From NCBI GenBank assembly GCA_051362555.1, contig CM120649.1:1984001-2048000 (forward strand): a stretch of DNA of 64,000 nucleotides. Reading direction: 5' to 3'. Of this stretch, positions 59,477 through 64,000 are shown piece by piece. A program made the translations under genes and the position numbers. The DNA comes from Lingula anatina. Its lineage: Eukaryota; Animalia; Brachiopoda. The notes below the pieces were generated by a model. The model worked only from the letters and a program-made list of their open reading frames with translations. It was not told the DNA's origin and did not search any database. Position 1 is the stretch's first letter. Every line of letters begins with the position of its first letter.

Positions 59477-60180
59477 ATGAAACGAGGAATTATGGCTACT
59501 GAAAGTAAAAGTGATACTGCGGTGGCAAGTGGAACAGCAGGAATTGATGTGACACACCTTAACTCACTGCTGAAGTTTGTGGAGACGGAAACTAATTTTA
59601 CAGATGACAGGGTAAATAATTCATTAAATGTGTACTTTGTCATTGTTAACAAAAGCGGTCGCAAAATAAAATTTATTAGTGTCATCCATATCTTTTGTCA
59701 TTCAGCATGCTTTACAATGATTTATAAAAATTGTTTTATATAATAATTGCTTTATTTATCTATTTTATTTTACTGTATGTTATTCATTATTTATTATGTA
59801 TGTGTGTTATGAATCTTGGATAAATTAATGAAAGCCAAATTAAGTGTATACTTAATTTGTGTACCAATAAACTTACTGTATCAAGTTAAATTACTTATTG
59901 GAATGTAAACCAAGTCTGTGACATTTATTGGCCAGGAATTTTACAATCATTTGCTGCATTTTACAACATGTACTCATTAAAGCTTTCAGTGCACCATAAA
60001 TATAAACCATTTGTCTAATTGTCTAATTAAATAATTGTATTTTTAATTTATAGAAATATGCCAGTCGTGATCCCAATGCACGTAACTATGTGGTGGATAT
60101 TACCCGCGCCAAGTCAGCCTACAACAGGCTGGAGACAACGACCAGATTTGAGGAGCTGAAACTGACTCTCCCAGCAGACA
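59477..60180 (+). CDS. First two coding exons of an unidentified gene, probably continuing beyond the window
   Basis: 59477-59611 (AGG|GTAAAT) splices in phase to 60054-60180 (TAG|AAA ... A|GTGAGT), giving MKRGIMATESKSDTAVASGTAGIDVTHLNSLLKFVETETNFTDDR-KYASRDPNARNYVVDITRAKSAYNRLETTTRFEELKLTLPAD. Exon-like GC content in AT-rich flanks. Family not recognised. Confidence 0.7.
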
Positions 60181-60875
60181 GTGAGTGTTTTATTATATGA
60201 CATTTATCATACATCTTTATTTCTCTGGGGTGGCAGAAGCATTTTCTTCCTTCCTTTTTTTTAATCAAATCACTACTTTTTCATCACTTTCTTCTCCAAA
60301 TGGTTTAAATTTGGCAAATCAAGCCAAATCAACCCTTTGTTGTTTAGGCAATTTAAGTCAGTTCAAGTATTTGGCTAAATTGGCAAGTGACAGCACTTTC
60401 CCAGCGACTAATACAAGGTTGCAAGGTTTGACTGAAGTTTGTTTGTCACTATCCAAGATCTCCATAACTACTCCATTTTTTTAGCTCTGTCTTACTGATT
60501 CCAGGTGAGCTTTATAGTGTATGTTTTAGCCAGTTTTGTTTGGAAATTTTGGTACAAAGGCCTGGGCTCCATATGTTGATTGTTTTTTTAGAGAAGAACA
60601 CTCATTGTGTTTGATTGAGCTTTTGTTGCACATCCGATGCAATTTACTAGTTGGGATTCGGGCATTCTGGACCAGGTATTTGTATTTTACATGTTCTGTT
60701 TGCAGAATTGTTTTTTTTTTAATGAGATCAGCATGGGTTTTTACAGGATAATTGGAATTTTGATTCAGTTCTGATGGGCCTGAGGCAGCACCATAGCTGA
60801 TTGGTCAGAGATAATTTAGAACCCAGGCTCATGTCTAATTAGAGATAAGCATTCCTCTCTCTCTCTTTTGCTCTT

Positions 60876-60913
<38 letters not shown>

Positions 60914-61520
60914 GATGTACAGTATGTGTGGATGTGTGTGTGTGTTGGTGTGCGTGTGAGTGCACTGGAACATGAAAAAAAAATTCAATGATTACTTATC
61001 CTTTATGTTAAACAAGGTTTAATTTACGTTGCTTATTGATTGGAAAGGTGTATATTCATGTTTTATCACTATAAAGCAGAGATTTCATTCTTTAAGGGTT
61101 ATTAATCTTATTCAAATATGGCATAGAATTGCTAGGAGTGAGGTATTGATCAGGAAGCAGGAGGGAATGATGGAATCATTTAGTAAAACAGAGGTGGGGA
61201 ATAGCTGTAAATTTTTGTTACACAGTCGGGATCAATACTTGTAGTGCTCTATTGAATTTTTTCTTGCCATTGAACCGGATTCTGCATTTTGTGCCTCCTG
61301 ACCTATCTCATTCATGTATATTTATTAATATTATTATTATTATTATTAAATTTAGTTTTCAAAAACAATGCTTTGGTGGTTTACTGCAGTAGCTTTAGAA
61401 GAAGACAATCCAGAAGTGTTGAAAAGCATTGTAAATTCTTGACAAACAATTTTTTTAAAATTTAAAATGGCTAAATGATAAATTAAAAAAAAAATTCATG
61501 GAATTACTAGTAATCAGGTA

Positions 61521-61765
61521 TTCAAAAATGGAGGATAATTACCGTAAGACCGTTCTTCTGATCTCACTTATGATATGGTTTTTGAAAAAAAATTTTTCTT
61601 GGAATAAAAAAAAAGTGTTCAAAATTTGAGGATAATTACCATAAGGCCACTCCCCTGATCTCACCTATGATATGATTTTAAGAAAAAATTCTTTGAAGAA
61701 AAGAAGCAATCAAATTTTGAGGAAAATTACCGTAAGGCCATTCCCCTGATCTCACCTGTGATATG
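61521..61765. repeat. Diverged ~95-bp tandem repeat, ~2.6 copies
   Basis: GAGGATAATTACC.TAAG.CC..T...CTGATCTCAC.T.TGATATG occurs three times. Confidence 0.85.
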
Positions 61766-62955
61766 AATTGATTGGACCTGTCTCTGACCAGCAGAGTATT
61801 TCACAGAATTCCATTAACTGAGAACTTAATGCATAGAAACCAGTGAAGTTTGACAAAAGTTCATTAAAAGGGAACTTGAGCCACAGGGCCCTACAGAGCA
61901 TGTAATGATAATTCTTTACATTAAATCTGTCAGATTTGTTAGATTGGTAAGTGTTAAGAGTACACTGTTGGAATTTTCAGAGACGAATTGATAAATAAAT
62001 AGATAAATGAGTGAGAAATGAATACTAGTAAATTAATCTTTAAATAAGTTGGTGTTGACCAGAAAAAACATTGTTGTTATAAAGATTTCCCAATTACTTA
62101 ATTACTGATAAATTTTCGTATTAAAGTTGACAATATTTTTTAACTCAGTGATTCCCATGGACTTACCTATGATAGCAAAGCTGTTTTCATGTATACAGTG
62201 TTAAGTTGATAAGAAGTTTAGAAAAGATTAGAAGAGTATTACACTGATAAGAAGTTTACTAGTATGAAAGTTTAACACTAATTATCTCTTGGGAACATGA
62301 CATGTTAAATCACCAAGAAAAATAAAAAAGGTCACGTACAATAACATTCCTGTACAAAAGCCTCAAGTTTATCAAAGTTTTGAGCAATAGATTAAAAGAG
62401 GTTTCCCTGTAGCATTTCCTGTCAATTCTGGTGTGTTGTATGGTGTTACGGTTTTCCAGACTGTGTTACGGTACCCAGATGGAGGTAGATGACTTTTTGA
62501 TGGAAATACGAAATGGGAAAACAGTGTTAGCTGACAGCTGTTGTGTCAGAGTTAATGACATTGCTGCTAGACTACTGTGGTATGAGAGGTGGGAAAACTG
62601 AGATTTTTTTCTTCATCTTTTCTTCCCTTTTTCTTTTCTGTCTTTTTTTTCTTAAGAATGTCTTTTTGGTAAAGAGGAATTATTTATCCAGCTTTTATCA
62701 TAATATTTACATAAGACTGAGGATGTTTTCAATATTTGCATTGTGCTGTTTACTAGATAAAATTTAAATGTATTTACCAAGAGTTTTAATGTTTGCCAGT
62801 AGTGTAAGCAATTAAATTGTAAAACTCAATTTAATTTTTTTTCCCGAGTGTAATCGTAAAAAAATTTGAAAAGGGAAAACTTCTCAGTTGTCATGTACAG
62901 TACTAGTAGGTGATTTCTACACACTACATATCATGTTTATTGTCTGTGATTGCTT

Positions 62956-62956
<1 letters not shown>

Positions 62957-62995
<39 letters not shown>
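62957..62995. repeat. Poly(C) tract
   Basis: Seen directly (~39 C). Confidence 0.95.
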
Positions 62996-64000
62996 ACTCT
63001 CTTGCTCCATTTTGACTAATTTGATTTTACCCTGGCTGTTCAGACATTTGTAACAAAATGAAAAAGTTGTTTGACATTTTTAAATGCATTATTGGCTGTG
63101 CTTTGAGCAAAGTGGCACAGAGTTTGTATTGGGTATTTTAATGGACATTTCTTCTCTGAAAATTAGTGTTAAGTTAACCAGAGTTCAAAAATTGAGTTCC
63201 CCAGACCTTTTATCCTTAGATGACTGGCCGGCACTCCTACCAGAAGAAAAGAAGATTTATAATAATTAAAGATGATCGGCTTTTTATTGGATTTTAATTT
63301 ACTAAGAGCATACTTTAAGAAGAACTACTCAGGAATTTTTCACGGTTTTCCAAGAAAATATTTGGAGAGACATGGAATTTTTCAAAATTGTTTTATTTTA
63401 TTATTATTAAGTTTTCAGGTCAAAGTTTTCTTTCCTCAAGCACAGTTTAAAAATTGCTTTTGGTCAAGTCAACAAATGTTATCAAAAGGCTTTTTATCAT
63501 CTTGCAACAACATGAAAAAAACACATTTATTGCTATGTATACATAGAAATGTAAATGGACTTTACAAAAACAAACTCTGAGGACAGCTGTCCTGTAACTA
63601 AAACATAACATTCAAAATATAACAAAATAATATTTTGAAAGCTTTAACAACCCACATCTGCTAAAACGCAAAGTTAAACAAAGGAGGACAATGAAACCTT
63701 GGGCAACATTGTGTCAAATTTCACTGAAAAGTGCTTCTTGTATCAGAGAGAATTTAATGTACATGTACCTGGTTGTAGATCAATGATGTTGTAATAAACC
63801 CCAATATTCACACATAAAAAAGTCTGTAAAACCCATCTCCAACCTGGGGAACTACGTCCTCAACTTGTATTCCTATTAAAATATTGCCAGTGGATTAGAA
63901 ATCTGTTGAATGATGGGGAAATATTTGCCACCACTTTCATCCACTACCAGGGTTGGGTCAGAGATTTCTGTGAAAAGCATGCTTTTCAGAAAGATTTTCA

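Overview
Eukaryotic (animal) genomic DNA: AT-rich, GT-AG introns, microsatellites and many short palindromic DNA-transposon derivatives. The gene and repeat content suggests a marine invertebrate such as a mollusc (inference). 3-19 kb is a tandem array of four intronless class A GPCR genes of FMRFamide-receptor-like/chemoreceptor type in ~4.6 kb units. The copies alternate A-B-A-B, copy 3 is mosaic and copy 4 is frameshifted. Next come a Tc1/mariner relic (~20-21.5 kb), a 7-exon DHRS11-like short-chain dehydrogenase (24.3-28.7 kb) and a MITE-rich intergenic stretch. A compact housekeeping cluster follows: BOK (-), DNAJC15/19 (Pam18/TIM14) (-) head-to-head with EARS2 (+), PPM1L (-) tail-to-tail with EARS2, and the first two coding exons of an unidentified gene (+) head-to-head with PPM1L. 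Exon models were built by hand and checked for splice phase. No prokaryotic systems or CRISPR were seen, and I cannot claim a new biological system. The best leads are the GPCR array architecture and the modular palindromic MITE families.
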